Assembly: GCA_039638295.1 (NCBI GenBank)
Contig: JBDIWJ010000004.1
Span: forward strand, 8,874-72,873
DNA length: 64,000 nucleotides
From: Candidatus Phoenicimicrobium oleiphilum
Lineage (GTDB): Bacteria; Atribacterota; Phoenicimicrobiia; Phoenicimicrobiales; Phoenicimicrobiaceae
Direction of reading: 5' to 3'
Position 1 is the stretch's first letter. The number at the start of each line of letters is the position of its first letter. The notes under the pieces are model-generated. The model was not told where the DNA came from. It worked only from the letters and a program-made list of their open reading frames with translations, and did not search any database. Positions 10,508 to 18,577 of this stretch are shown one piece after another. Both the position numbers and the translations under genes were made by a program.

Positions 10508-11989
10508 ATGAAAAACAAGGAAATTCGACTCAGATTTGCACCCAGTCCAACTGGTTATTTACATATAGGCGGGGCGAGAACAGCATTATTTAATTGGCTT
10601 TATGCCAGACACTACAAGGGAAGTTTTATTTTGCGCATTGAAGATACTGACCAGGTAAGATCTACTGAAGAAGCAGTAAATGTAATATTAGAAGGCATGA
10701 AATGGTTAGGTTTAGACTGGGATGAAGGTCCTGGAAAGGGTGGAAAATACGGTCCTTATTTTCAGATGCAAAGATTACCTCTTTATCAAGAATTTGCGGA
10801 GAAATTATTAAAAGATAAGAAAGCATATTACTGTTATTGTACCAGAGAAGAGCTAGCTGCCAGCAGAGAAAAACAAACAAAAGAAGGTAGACTTCCAAAA
10901 TACGATAGACATTGTTTGAATCTTAGTGATGAAGATAAGAAGAAATATGAAGATGAAGGTAGAAAACCAGTAATAAGACTCAAAGTTCCTTCTAAAAAGG
11001 TAGTATTTAATGATTTACTAAGAGGAGAAGTGGCTTTTGAAGGTGAGTTATTGAGTGACTTTGTAATTATAAAATCAGATGGAATTCCTACTTATAATTA
11101 TGCAGTGGTTATAGATGATGCTTTAATGAAAATCTCTCATGTAATGCGGGGAGATGATCATATTTCTAATACTCCTAAACAGATATTAATTTATGAGGCT
11201 TTAGGATTCGACATACCAAAATTTGCTCATATTCCGATGATTATGGGACCTGACCACACCAGGTTGAGTAAAAGACATGGGGCTACCTCGGTTATGGAAT
11301 ATAAAAAAATGGGTTATATTCCAGAAGCAGTAGTAAATTATATTGCTCATTTGGGTTGGTCTTCGGGAGATGAAAGGGAAATTTTCTCGGAAGAAGAGTT
11401 AATTAAAGAATTTACTTTGGATAAAATCTCTAAACATGCCGCAGTTTTCAGTATGGAAAAATTGAATTGGTTTAATAACGAATATTTAAAGAGGATGTCA
11501 ATCGATTCATTAACTGAAAAGCTGATTCCCTTTCTTGAGGAGGCTAATTATATTAAAAAAGAAGATCTTTCTCCTGATAAACTTAAATGGCTGAAAGAAA
11601 TTGTAAGATTAATGCAGGGGAGGTTCAAGAATTTTTCTCAGTTTATTGATTTTGCAGATTATTTTTTTAAGGATAAAGTGAATATTGAACCAGAGGCTTT
11701 TCAAAGTGTATTAAATAAAGAGGAAGTTCCAAAAGTTCTACAAACCTTAAAAGATAAGCTTTCTTCTCTCAAATCCTGGGATGAAGAAAATATTGAAAAT
11801 GCAATAAGAGAAGTTGCCTCTTCTTTACAAATAAAAGGTGGTCAAATTATTCATCCTACTCGCGTTGCCCTGAGTGGGAAAAAGGTGGGACCTAGTTTGT
11901 TTGAATTGATGGTAGTTTTAGGCCAAAAGAAAACTATTGAACGTTTAGGAGAAGCTATAGAGAAAATAAAAGAATTAAAAAATAATTAA
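10508..11989 (+). CDS. gltX: Glutamyl-tRNA synthetase
   Basis: 493 aa with class I HIGH (PTGYLHIGG) and KMSKS-like (RLSKR) motifs and overall GluRS-type sequence. Confidence 0.9.
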   Translation: MKNKEIRLRFAPSPTGYLHIGGARTALFNWLYARHYKGSFILRIEDTDQVRSTEEAVNVILEGMKWLGLDWDEGPGKGGKYGPYFQMQRLPLYQEFAEKLLKDKKAYYCYCTREELAASREKQTKEGRLPKYDRHCLNLSDEDKKKYEDEGRKPVIRLKVPSKKVVFNDLLRGEVAFEGELLSDFVIIKSDGIPTYNYAVVIDDALMKISHVMRGDDHISNTPKQILIYEALGFDIPKFAHIPMIMGPDHTRLSKRHGATSVMEYKKMGYIPEAVVNYIAHLGWSSGDEREIFSEEELIKEFTLDKISKHAAVFSMEKLNWFNNEYLKRMSIDSLTEKLIPFLEEANYIKKEDLSPDKLKWLKEIVRLMQGRFKNFSQFIDFADYFFKDKVNIEPEAFQSVLNKEEVPKVLQTLKDKLSSLKSWDEENIENAIREVASSLQIKGGQIIHPTRVALSGKKVGPSLFELMVVLGQKKTIERLGEAIEKIKELKNN

Positions 11990-12049
11990 TTGTGCTTTTC
12001 AAATCGCAAGATTTAGTATAAAATAATAGAGGAAATATCCTTATTAAGT

Positions 12050-12123
12050 TGAGGGATCGTCTAGTGGTAGGACACCAGACTCTGGATCTGGGAGCGGTGG
12101 TTCGAGCCCACCTCCCTCAGCCA
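12050..12123 (+). tRNA. tRNA-Gln (anticodon CTG)
   Basis: Hand-folded cloverleaf: acceptor TGAGGGA/TCCCTCA, anticodon stem CCAGA/TCTGG with loop CTCTGGA, T-arm GGTGG-TTCGAGC-CCACC, and an encoded CCA. Confidence 0.85.
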
Positions 12124-12137
12124 CTTACATTAGTTGT

Positions 12138-12212
12138 GGCGCAATCGAATAGTGGTTAATTCAGCTGGCTCTCAATCAGCAAACGGGGGTTCAATTCCCC
12201 CTTGCGCCACCA
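12138..12212 (+). tRNA. tRNA-Glu (anticodon CTC)
   Basis: Hand-folded cloverleaf: acceptor GGCGCAA/TTGCGCC, D-stem GAAT/ATTC, anticodon stem GCTGG/TCAGC with loop CTCTCAA, T-arm GGGGG-TTCAATT-CCCCC, and an encoded CCA. Confidence 0.8.
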
Positions 12213-12246
12213 ATTTTTTTAAAACAGTAATATAGGTTTAAAAAGA

Positions 12247-12270
12247 GTTTAAAATGAGCAGGAAATACCT
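12247..12270 (+). terminator. Rho-independent terminator after the gltX-tRNA unit
   Basis: AGCAGG-AAATA-CCTGCT followed by seven T. Confidence 0.7.
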
Positions 12271-12357
12271 GCTTTTTTTAATAATATTTCATCAGTGTGT
12301 GAGAATGAATTTTAAAATTAAATTACCATTAATGTGATTATAATAATATAATTGTCT

Positions 12358-12456
12358 CCAAAAAAGTAAACAAAACAATGCAGAGTTACGATGCGTCGTG
12401 CCCAGAGGAGAAATTAGCCGATAATATAGTAAGGGCATAATTCATTGTGTCCCCAC
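12358..12456 (+). repeat. Two-hairpin ~110-nt repeat, family F copy 1
   Basis: CCAAAAAAGTAAACAAAAC...ACGATGCGTCGTGCCCAGAGGAGAAATTAGCCGATAATATAGTAAGGGCATAATTCATTGTGTCCCCAC. It aligns with the copies at 17306 and 29712. Confidence 0.75.
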
Positions 12457-12516
12457 TATATAATTGTAAAATATAAAATTAATTAATCAGAGAAGTAAGC
12501 ACAAAAAGAGGTAGAG

Positions 12517-12999
12517 ATGTATAATACAGATAATAGAGAAGTATTTTTAACTAAAGAAGGATTAAAGAAATTAAAAGAAAAGATAAAGTATTTAGAAGTA
12601 GTAAAAAGAAAAGAAATACAAGAAGATATTAAGCGGTCTTTAGAATATGGAGATATATCTGAGAATGCAGAATATAATATTGCCTTAGAAGCTCAGCGTA
12701 TGAACGAGATAAATATTGTTAGGTTAAAACAAAGATTAAGTAATACTAAAGTAGTAGAAGAAGATTGTTGTTCAAAAGAGATTGGTATTGGAACAGCCTT
12801 AAGATTAAAAAATTTAGATTCACAAGAAGAAGTAGAGTATATTTTTGTCCCCGATGACCAAATAGATTTCGCTCAACATAAGATTTCTATAAGTTCTCCA
12901 CTCGGGCAGGCCTTTTTGGGTCACCAGGAGGGAGACAGGGTCGAGATTGAAGTTCCTATTGGAATATTAAGGTATAAGATATTAAAAATTATAAAATGA
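12517..12999 (+). CDS. greA: Transcription elongation factor GreA
   Basis: 160 aa with an N-terminal coiled-coil domain (LTKEGLKKLKEKIKYLE...GDISENAEY) and a C-terminal globular domain typical of GreA. Confidence 0.85.
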   Translation: MYNTDNREVFLTKEGLKKLKEKIKYLEVVKRKEIQEDIKRSLEYGDISENAEYNIALEAQRMNEINIVRLKQRLSNTKVVEEDCCSKEIGIGTALRLKNLDSQEEVEYIFVPDDQIDFAQHKISISSPLGQAFLGHQEGDRVEIEVPIGILRYKILKIIK

Positions 13000-14018
13000 A
13001 TACTAAAATTTTAGAAATAAATCCTGAAAAAATAGATTTAAATAAGATAAAAATGGCTGCAGAGGAGATAAAGCAGGGTAACTTGGTGGCTTTTCCGACC
13101 GAGACAGTTTACGGTTTGGGGGCAGATGTCTACAATAAGGAAGCAGTTACTAAAATATTCAAGGTTAAAGGAAGACCTTTTAATGACCCGCTAATTGTTC
13201 ATATTGCAAAAATAGAGGAGCTACAAAGGCTATCAAAGTATGTTCCTCCAGTGGCTTTACAATTAGCAAAAATATTCTGGCCTGGTCCTCTTACCTTAGT
13301 TCTTAAAAAATCCGAGTTAGTTTTAGATATTATAACTGCTGGTTTGGACACAGTTGCCATTAGAATGCCAGCTAATAATATCGCCTTAAGTTTAATAAGG
13401 GAATCTCAAACTCCTATTGTGGCTCCCAGTGCCAATATATTTGGAAGAACCAGTCCCACCAATGCCCAGCATGTGGAAGATGATTTAGGTGGTAAGATAG
13501 AGATGATTATTGATGGAGGTAAGACAGAAGTAGGGGTAGAATCTACTGTGTTAGATATAACTGTTGAACCTGTCCAGGTACTGCGGGCAGGAGGGGTATC
13601 GGTAGAACAATTAATGAAAGTAATTGGTAAGGTAAAAATTAGCAAAGAATTGGAAAGAGGTTTCCGTTCACCGGGGATGTTAAACACTCATTATTCTCCC
13701 CAGGCAAGATTAATTTTGGTGGAAAAAATGGGGGACACTCAGATAGAAGAGGTTCGTAGATTGGCTTATAAATATAAAGTGCAAGGGCATAAAGTAGGAA
13801 TAATGGCCAAAGAAGAAAATCAGGATAAATATAGTGAATTTGAAGTTAAAGTTATAGGTAAAGGCAGCGAATTAAAAGAATGTGCTGCAAATCTCTTTTC
13901 AGTTTTAAGGAGTTTTGATAAAGAAGGGTTTGAGATTATTATTGCTGAAGGATTAGAAGATCAGGGTTTGGGTCTGGCAATAATGGAGCGGTTAAGAAAA
14001 GCCGCTGCCCCTAAATAA
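12996..14018 (+). CDS. tsaC: L-threonylcarbamoyladenylate synthase (Sua5/YwlC-type TsaC)
   Basis: 340 aa with the YrdC domain (FPTETVYGLGAD...SPSANIFG) and a C-terminal Sua5 domain. Confidence 0.85.
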   Translation: MNTKILEINPEKIDLNKIKMAAEEIKQGNLVAFPTETVYGLGADVYNKEAVTKIFKVKGRPFNDPLIVHIAKIEELQRLSKYVPPVALQLAKIFWPGPLTLVLKKSELVLDIITAGLDTVAIRMPANNIALSLIRESQTPIVAPSANIFGRTSPTNAQHVEDDLGGKIEMIIDGGKTEVGVESTVLDITVEPVQVLRAGGVSVEQLMKVIGKVKISKELERGFRSPGMLNTHYSPQARLILVEKMGDTQIEEVRRLAYKYKVQGHKVGIMAKEENQDKYSEFEVKVIGKGSELKECAANLFSVLRSFDKEGFEIIIAEGLEDQGLGLAIMERLRKAAAPK

Positions 14019-14097
14019 AAATAAATGTGTTAGCATAAACCTTAGAGGTATTTTCTTTACGCGTTTCTCGATACGCAATACGCGATACAAATAAAAT

Positions 14098-14126
14098 TTG
14101 ACAGAAGTAGAAAGATATGCTAATAT
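14098..14126 (+). promoter_or_regulatory. Sigma-70-type promoter of the aro leader
   Basis: TTGACA (14098-14103), a 17-nt spacer, then TAATAT (14121-14126) preceded by TGC (extended -10-like). Confidence 0.65.
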
Positions 14127-14153
14127 CTTAAAAAATGTTAAGGAGTAGACAAG

Positions 14154-14246
14154 GTGGCTACAAAAAAAGAATTTGTTAAATTAATAAATTCCTTTAATTT
14201 TTATTATTACTATTATGCTACCGATGTTTATGCCTTAGCATGGTAA
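14154..14246 (+). CDS. Aromatic (Tyr-rich) leader peptide, 30 codons: MATKKEFVKLINSFNFYYYYYATDVYALAW
   Basis: SD AGGAG at 14141-14145, GTG at 14154 and TAA at 14244-14246. Five consecutive Tyr codons lie at 14202-14216, and the peptide has 6 Tyr, 3 Phe and 1 Trp in total. It sits between a consensus promoter and a terminator upstream of the aro/tyrA operon. It is not in the ORF track because it is too short. Confidence 0.6.
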   Translation: MATKKEFVKLINSFNFYYYYYATDVYALAW

Positions 14247-14300
14247 AAGATTAAAACAAGATATCATAGGCATAGACATCGGTTTTATGCCTATGATATC
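14220..14300 (+). promoter_or_regulatory. Mutually exclusive attenuator hairpins
   Basis: 14220-14234 pairs with 14269-14283 (15 bp, one G-U). 14260-14274 pairs perfectly with 14286-14300 (15 bp) and is followed by a U/A-rich tract. The two helices share 14269-14274. Confidence 0.6.
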
Positions 14301-14317
14301 TTTATATATTTATATAT

Positions 14318-14361
14318 AAAGGTCATAGGTTTTTTAAATTCCTATGACCTTTTTTATTTTT
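14318..14361 (+). terminator. Leader (attenuator) terminator
   Basis: AAAGGTCATAGG, an 11-nt loop, CCTATGACCTTT, then TTTTTATTTTT. It lies 213 nt upstream of the aroH start. Confidence 0.7.
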
Positions 14362-14382
14362 AGTCTATCCATTTACGAAAAA

Positions 14383-14445
14383 GTAGGAAAGGAGCTCGAT
14401 TTATTAAGGCCGTAAAAAATCCGGGGCGGATGAATCCGCCCCCAC
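14383..14445 (+). repeat. Double-hairpin intergenic repeat, family E copy 3
   Basis: GTAGGAAAGGAGCTCGATTTATTAAGGCC, a spacer, then GGGGCGGATGAATCCGCCCCCAC. Confidence 0.7.
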
Positions 14446-14458
14446 ACAATAAATAAAT

Positions 14459-14494
14459 GTCATTGTGAGTTCTGATTTATCAGGGCGTGGCAAT
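14459..14494 (+). repeat. GTCATTGTGAG...CGTGGCAAT repeat, family G copy 1
   Basis: GTCATTGTGAGTTCTGATTTATCAGGGCGTGGCAAT. A related copy lies at 38422-38457. Confidence 0.55.
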
Positions 14495-14573
14495 TTTAAA
14501 TTATGTCAAAGGACCATCACCTGACAAAGTCTGTCAGTAGAACCGTCCCCTTGACATAAAAGGAGGTATACAT

Positions 14574-14969
14574 ATGTTAGTGCGAGGAATAAGAGGGGCT
14601 ATAACTGCGGATAGCAATACTAAAGAGGAGATTATAGAAAAGACTAAAGAATTATTAATCACTTTAAAAAAAGAAAATGATTTCAAAATTGAAGATATAG
14701 TAAGTATTTTTTTTAGTGTCACTCCAGATTTAAATGCTGCCTTTCCAGCCCAGGCAGCGCGAGAATTAGGTTGGGGTATAGTTCCCCTTTTTGATATGCA
14801 AGAAATAGATGTTCTGGGGAGTTTACCCAGATGTATTCGAATATTAGTACAGATAAATTGCCAAAAAAGTCAACAAGAAATAAAACATTGCTATTTGGAG
14901 GGAGCAAAAATATTACGAAAAGATTTAATTAAAGAAATTTCAGATCAAAAGGAGGGTGAATTCAAGTGA
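14574..14969 (+). CDS. aroH: Chorismate mutase, AroH class
   Basis: 131 aa whose N-terminus [13 protein letters not shown] and overall sequence resemble B. subtilis AroH. Strong SD AAGGAGG. Confidence 0.85.
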   Translation: MLVRGIRGAITADSNTKEEIIEKTKELLITLKKENDFKIEDIVSIFFSVTPDLNAAFPAQAARELGWGIVPLFDMQEIDVLGSLPRCIRILVQINCQKSQQEIKHCYLEGAKILRKDLIKEISDQKEGEFK

Positions 14970-16018
14970 TTATTGTGATGAACGGAAAAGCTGACGATTC
15001 TGATGTGGAAAGAGTAATAGAGAAATTGCACGAAATGGGGCATAAAGTGCACATCTCCCGAGGAGAAAGACGAATTATTTTAGGAGTAATCGGGGATGTT
15101 GAAAATTTAGCCTCTGTCCCTTTTTATGCTTTTAACGGAGTCGAAGAGATTATCCGTATCCTAAAACCCTATAAATTAGCCAGCAGAGAATTTAAAGACT
15201 TTGATACTATTATTAAAGTAAAGGAGGTAACTATTGGAGGAAAAGAAATTGTGGTGATGGCCGGACCTTGTGTTGTAGAAGATGAAAAACAGATATTTGA
15301 GACTGCCCATCATGTTAAAGCCTTAGGAGCAAAAATATTACGAGGAGGAGCTTTTAAACCACGAACTTCTCCTTACAGCTTTCAGGGATTAGGGGAGAAA
15401 GGTTTAAAATTATTGGCTCAGGCAGCTAAGGAAACAGGTTTGGCAATAGTTACTGAAGTGATGTCGGTTAACCAGATTGATTTAATTGCCAAATATACTG
15501 ATATATTTCAAGTAGGTGCTCGTAATATGCAAAATTTTGTATTATTAAAAGAATTGGGCAAACTTAAAAAGCCGATACTGCTTAAAAGAGCAATGTCTGC
15601 TACTATAGAGGAACTGTTATTATCAGCAGAATATATTTTATCTCAAGGAAATTATGAAGTAATCTTGTGTGAGCGAGGAATACGTACTTTTGAAAACTAT
15701 ACTCGTAATACTTTGGATTTGAGTGCAGTTCCTGCCTTAAAGGAATTAAGCCATTTGCCAGTAATAGTAGATCCCAGTCATGGTACTGGAAAGTGGAAAT
15801 TGGTAAGTCCAATGGCTAAAGCAGCCATAGCGGCTGGAGCAGATGGCCTGCTTATTGAAGTCCATCCCGACCCCAAAAGTTCACTTAGTGATGGTGCCCA
15901 AACCTTAAGACTTGATACTTTTACTCAACTAATAAAAGAGCTAAGACCAATAATCCAGGCAGTAGGTCGAGAATTTGCTCTACCTACCGAATATGAATTA
16001 GAGAGGATGAAGAATTAG
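14966..16018 (+). CDS. aroF: 3-deoxy-7-phosphoheptulonate (DAHP) synthase, type I-beta with N-terminal regulatory domain
   Basis: 350 aa with a ~70-aa ferredoxin-like/ACT-like N-terminal domain followed by a KDO8P/DAHP synthase I-beta core (GPCVVE...[17 protein letters not shown]...DPSHGTG), as in the Thermotoga-type enzyme. Confidence 0.85.
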   Translation: MIIVMNGKADDSDVERVIEKLHEMGHKVHISRGERRIILGVIGDVENLASVPFYAFNGVEEIIRILKPYKLASREFKDFDTIIKVKEVTIGGKEIVVMAGPCVVEDEKQIFETAHHVKALGAKILRGGAFKPRTSPYSFQGLGEKGLKLLAQAAKETGLAIVTEVMSVNQIDLIAKYTDIFQVGARNMQNFVLLKELGKLKKPILLKRAMSATIEELLLSAEYILSQGNYEVILCERGIRTFENYTRNTLDLSAVPALKELSHLPVIVDPSHGTGKWKLVSPMAKAAIAAGADGLLIEVHPDPKSSLSDGAQTLRLDTFTQLIKELRPIIQAVGREFALPTEYELERMKN

Positions 16019-17301
16019 TGGAACTTGTTTTAGAAAGAATCAATAAATTAAAAGGAGATATATCTGTCCCGGGAGATAAATCTATCTCTCATCGCTCTCT
16101 AATTTTAGGGTCTATTGCCCAAGGAGAGACTCGAATATATAATTTTTTAAATTCCCTGGATTGTCTTAGTACTTTAGAATGTATGCGAACATTAGGGGTA
16201 GAGATAAAGAGGGGTAGCAACAACTCTATTAAGATAAAAGGCAAGGGATTATATGGATTAGAGGAACCGAAAGATATACTTGATGTGGGAAATTCAGGGA
16301 CAGCTGTTCGCCTCTTAGCTGGTCTGATTAGTGGTCAAAAATTTTATTCTGTTTTAAATGGTGATGATTCAATCAGAAAAAGACCTATGAAAAGAGTAGT
16401 CGAGCCCCTTAGATTAATGGGAGCAAATATATGGGGGAGAGAGGATGGTGAACTAACCCCTTTAAGTATAAAAGGAAGCAGACTTAATCCTCTTTGCTAT
16501 ACTTTACCAGTTGCTAGTGCTCAGGTGAAATCAGCTCTCTTACTGGCCGGCCTTTATATTAAAGGTGAGACAGTAATTAAAGAACCCTTGCCTACCAGGG
16601 ATCATACTGAGAGAATGTTAAAGATTATGCAGGCAGATATAAAGATTTCTCCTCTTGAAATTAAAATAAGAGGTGGAAGGGAATTAAAAGGTACTGATAT
16701 ATTTGTACCTGGAGATATTTCTTCCGCTGCTTATTTTATAATAGCAGCGAGTATGTTAAAAGGTTCTCAGGTTATAATTAAGCAAGTAGGTTTTAATCCT
16801 ACCAGGATTGGGATAATCGAAATACTAAACAAAATGGGTGCAAAAATCGATATCTTAAATTACCAGATAAAATCAAATGAGCCACGAGCTGATTTAAAGA
16901 TAGAATATTCAGAATTAAAAGGGGTAGAAATTGGTAAGGAAAATATACCTTTTCTAATTGATGAATTACCCCTTATTGCTGTATTGGCAACTCAAGCTCA
17001 GGGTGAAACGGTGGTAAGCGGAGCAAAGGAATTGAGGGTAAAAGAGACTGATCGAATAAAGGCGATAGTCAATGAATTAAGAAAGATGGGAGCAAATATT
17101 AAGGAAAAAGAAGATGGTTTTATTGTAAAGGGCCCTTCTAAATTACATAGCGCAGTCTGCAATAGCTATAATGATCATCGGATTGCTATGTCTTTAGCGG
17201 TGGCGGCTTTATTAGCTGAAGGTAAAACTATTATTAAAAATTCAGAATGCATAGATATATCTTTTCCTGGTTTTGAAAAAACTCTACAAAAATTAATTTA
17301 A
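16018..17301 (+). CDS. aroA: 3-phosphoshikimate 1-carboxyvinyltransferase (EPSP synthase)
   Basis: 427 aa with PGDKSISHRSLI, LDVGNSGTAVRLL and KETDRI motifs. GTG start overlaps the preceding stop. Confidence 0.9.
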   Translation: MELVLERINKLKGDISVPGDKSISHRSLILGSIAQGETRIYNFLNSLDCLSTLECMRTLGVEIKRGSNNSIKIKGKGLYGLEEPKDILDVGNSGTAVRLLAGLISGQKFYSVLNGDDSIRKRPMKRVVEPLRLMGANIWGREDGELTPLSIKGSRLNPLCYTLPVASAQVKSALLLAGLYIKGETVIKEPLPTRDHTERMLKIMQADIKISPLEIKIRGGRELKGTDIFVPGDISSAAYFIIAASMLKGSQVIIKQVGFNPTRIGIIEILNKMGAKIDILNYQIKSNEPRADLKIEYSELKGVEIGKENIPFLIDELPLIAVLATQAQGETVVSGAKELRVKETDRIKAIVNELRKMGANIKEKEDGFIVKGPSKLHSAVCNSYNDHRIAMSLAVAALLAEGKTIIKNSECIDISFPGFEKTLQKLI

Positions 17302-17305
17302 AAGT

Positions 17306-17417
17306 ATGATTGTAAGCCAAAAGTAAATAAAAATAGTAATGTATGGGCACTATGCATCGTGCCCATAGGAGAAGATTGGCAATAGTATAGCAAGGGCACA
17401 ATTCATTGTGCCCCTAC
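17306..17417 (+). repeat. Two-hairpin ~110-nt repeat, family F copy 2
   Basis: ATGATTGTAAGCCAAAAGTAAATAAAAATAGTAATGTATGGGCACTATGCATCGTGCCCATAGGAGAAGATTGGCAATAGTATAGCAAGGGCACAATTCATTGTGCCCCTAC. It lies inside the aroA-aroE gap. Confidence 0.8.
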
Positions 17418-17548
17418 AATTTTTTACAAATTTTATAAAAAAGTTTTGAGTTTTGAACTATCAACTAACGACTATTCACTATAGACTAAAGACTAATTTT
17501 TTTCTTCCTCTCGAGGGAGGTACATCTAAGATGGGAGTGTAGGTGTAA

Positions 17549-18415
17549 ATGAAAAAAGAGATAAATGGGAAGACTAAAATAATTGGGTTAATTGGTGAAA
17601 ATATAGAAAATAGTCTTTCTCCTTTTATTCACAACCAAATAATATTTAAATATTCTTTAGATTATTGTTATCTTCCCTTTCAAGTAAGATGGACAGATTT
17701 AAAAGATGCTATTCAAGGGATAAAGGCTCTGAATATAAAAGGAGTAAATATTACTTTCCCTTACAAAGAAAAAGTAATTGATTTTTTAGATGAAGTAGAA
17801 GAATCTGCTCGAAGGATAGGCGCAGTAAATACTATTGTCAATAATAAAGGAATTCTTACCGGTTACAACACTGATGTAATCGGCTTTAAGAGAAGTCTAC
17901 AGGAATATGGAAAATTTGTCATAAAACAAAAAAAAGCAGTTATTTTTGGAGCAGGAGGAGCTGCTCGTGGGGTAGTTTATGCTCTTTTAGAGGAAGGAAT
18001 AGAAGAGATATGTATCTTTAATCGAACTTTAGAAAAAGCCAAAAAGATTAAACAGGATTTTTCTTCCTTCTTTCCCAGGAGCTGTATTAATGCATTTTCC
18101 TTAGATGAAGAGAATTTGAAAGATAAGATAGAAAGGGCTCATATTATAGTTAATACTACTTCTTTAGGAATGCCCCCTCAAATCGATAAAACTCCTTTAC
18201 CAGATGAAAAATTATTTCACTCTAATCTTTTAGCCTATGACCTTATATATCATCCCACTAAGACTATTTTTCTAAAGCAAGCAGAGAGGGCAGGAGCAAA
18301 GATAATTAATGGTTTACCGATGTTAGTTAATCAAGGCATAGAAAGTTTTTATCTCTGGACTGGACTTAAACCAGAGGGTAAAGAAGTATTAGAAATATTT
18401 AGACAAGTTACATAA
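17549..18415 (+). CDS. aroE: Shikimate dehydrogenase
   Basis: 288 aa with SLSPFIHN, NITFPYK, GAVNT and the GAGGAARG Rossmann motif. Confidence 0.9.
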   Translation: MKKEINGKTKIIGLIGENIENSLSPFIHNQIIFKYSLDYCYLPFQVRWTDLKDAIQGIKALNIKGVNITFPYKEKVIDFLDEVEESARRIGAVNTIVNNKGILTGYNTDVIGFKRSLQEYGKFVIKQKKAVIFGAGGAARGVVYALLEEGIEEICIFNRTLEKAKKIKQDFSSFFPRSCINAFSLDEENLKDKIERAHIIVNTTSLGMPPQIDKTPLPDEKLFHSNLLAYDLIYHPTKTIFLKQAERAGAKIINGLPMLVNQGIESFYLWTGLKPEGKEVLEIFRQVT

Positions 18416-18577
18416 ATTAGTCAGTTAGTGAATAGCGAATAGTTACTAGTTTTCCACTTTACCACGTGAGTATTAACCTCATACAACATAGGAGATTGCA
18501 ACACAAGGTAAAGTGGGGGTTTTACTAAATACTATTAACCAACGACTAACGACTATTTAAGAAAGGAGAAGAAAAAA

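Noticed and set aside
12388-12412. Tiny peptides inside family F elements: MRRAQRRN at 12390, MHRAHRRN at 29765 and MHRAHRRRLAIV at 17353.
   Set aside because: The apparent conservation follows from the palindromic hairpin sequence itself (ACGATGCATCGTGCCC). There is no SD at a suitable distance, and the lengths and stops differ between copies.
14484-14500. Additional sigma-54 promoters at the TGGCAAT words (14484-14500 and 38447-38462).
   Set aside because: The TGGCA is part of the family G repeat, and the -12 position reads TTAA/AATT rather than TTGC. Only the 35951-35966 site fits the GG-N10-GC spacing.
18454-18515. A 10-bp helix CCACTTTACC...GGTAAAGTGG with a ~40-nt loop between aroE and aroC, considered as a riboswitch.
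   Set aside because: I recognise no aptamer consensus in it. It is a single long-range helix in a repeat-rich spacer. It is mentioned under the operon-spacer finding only.
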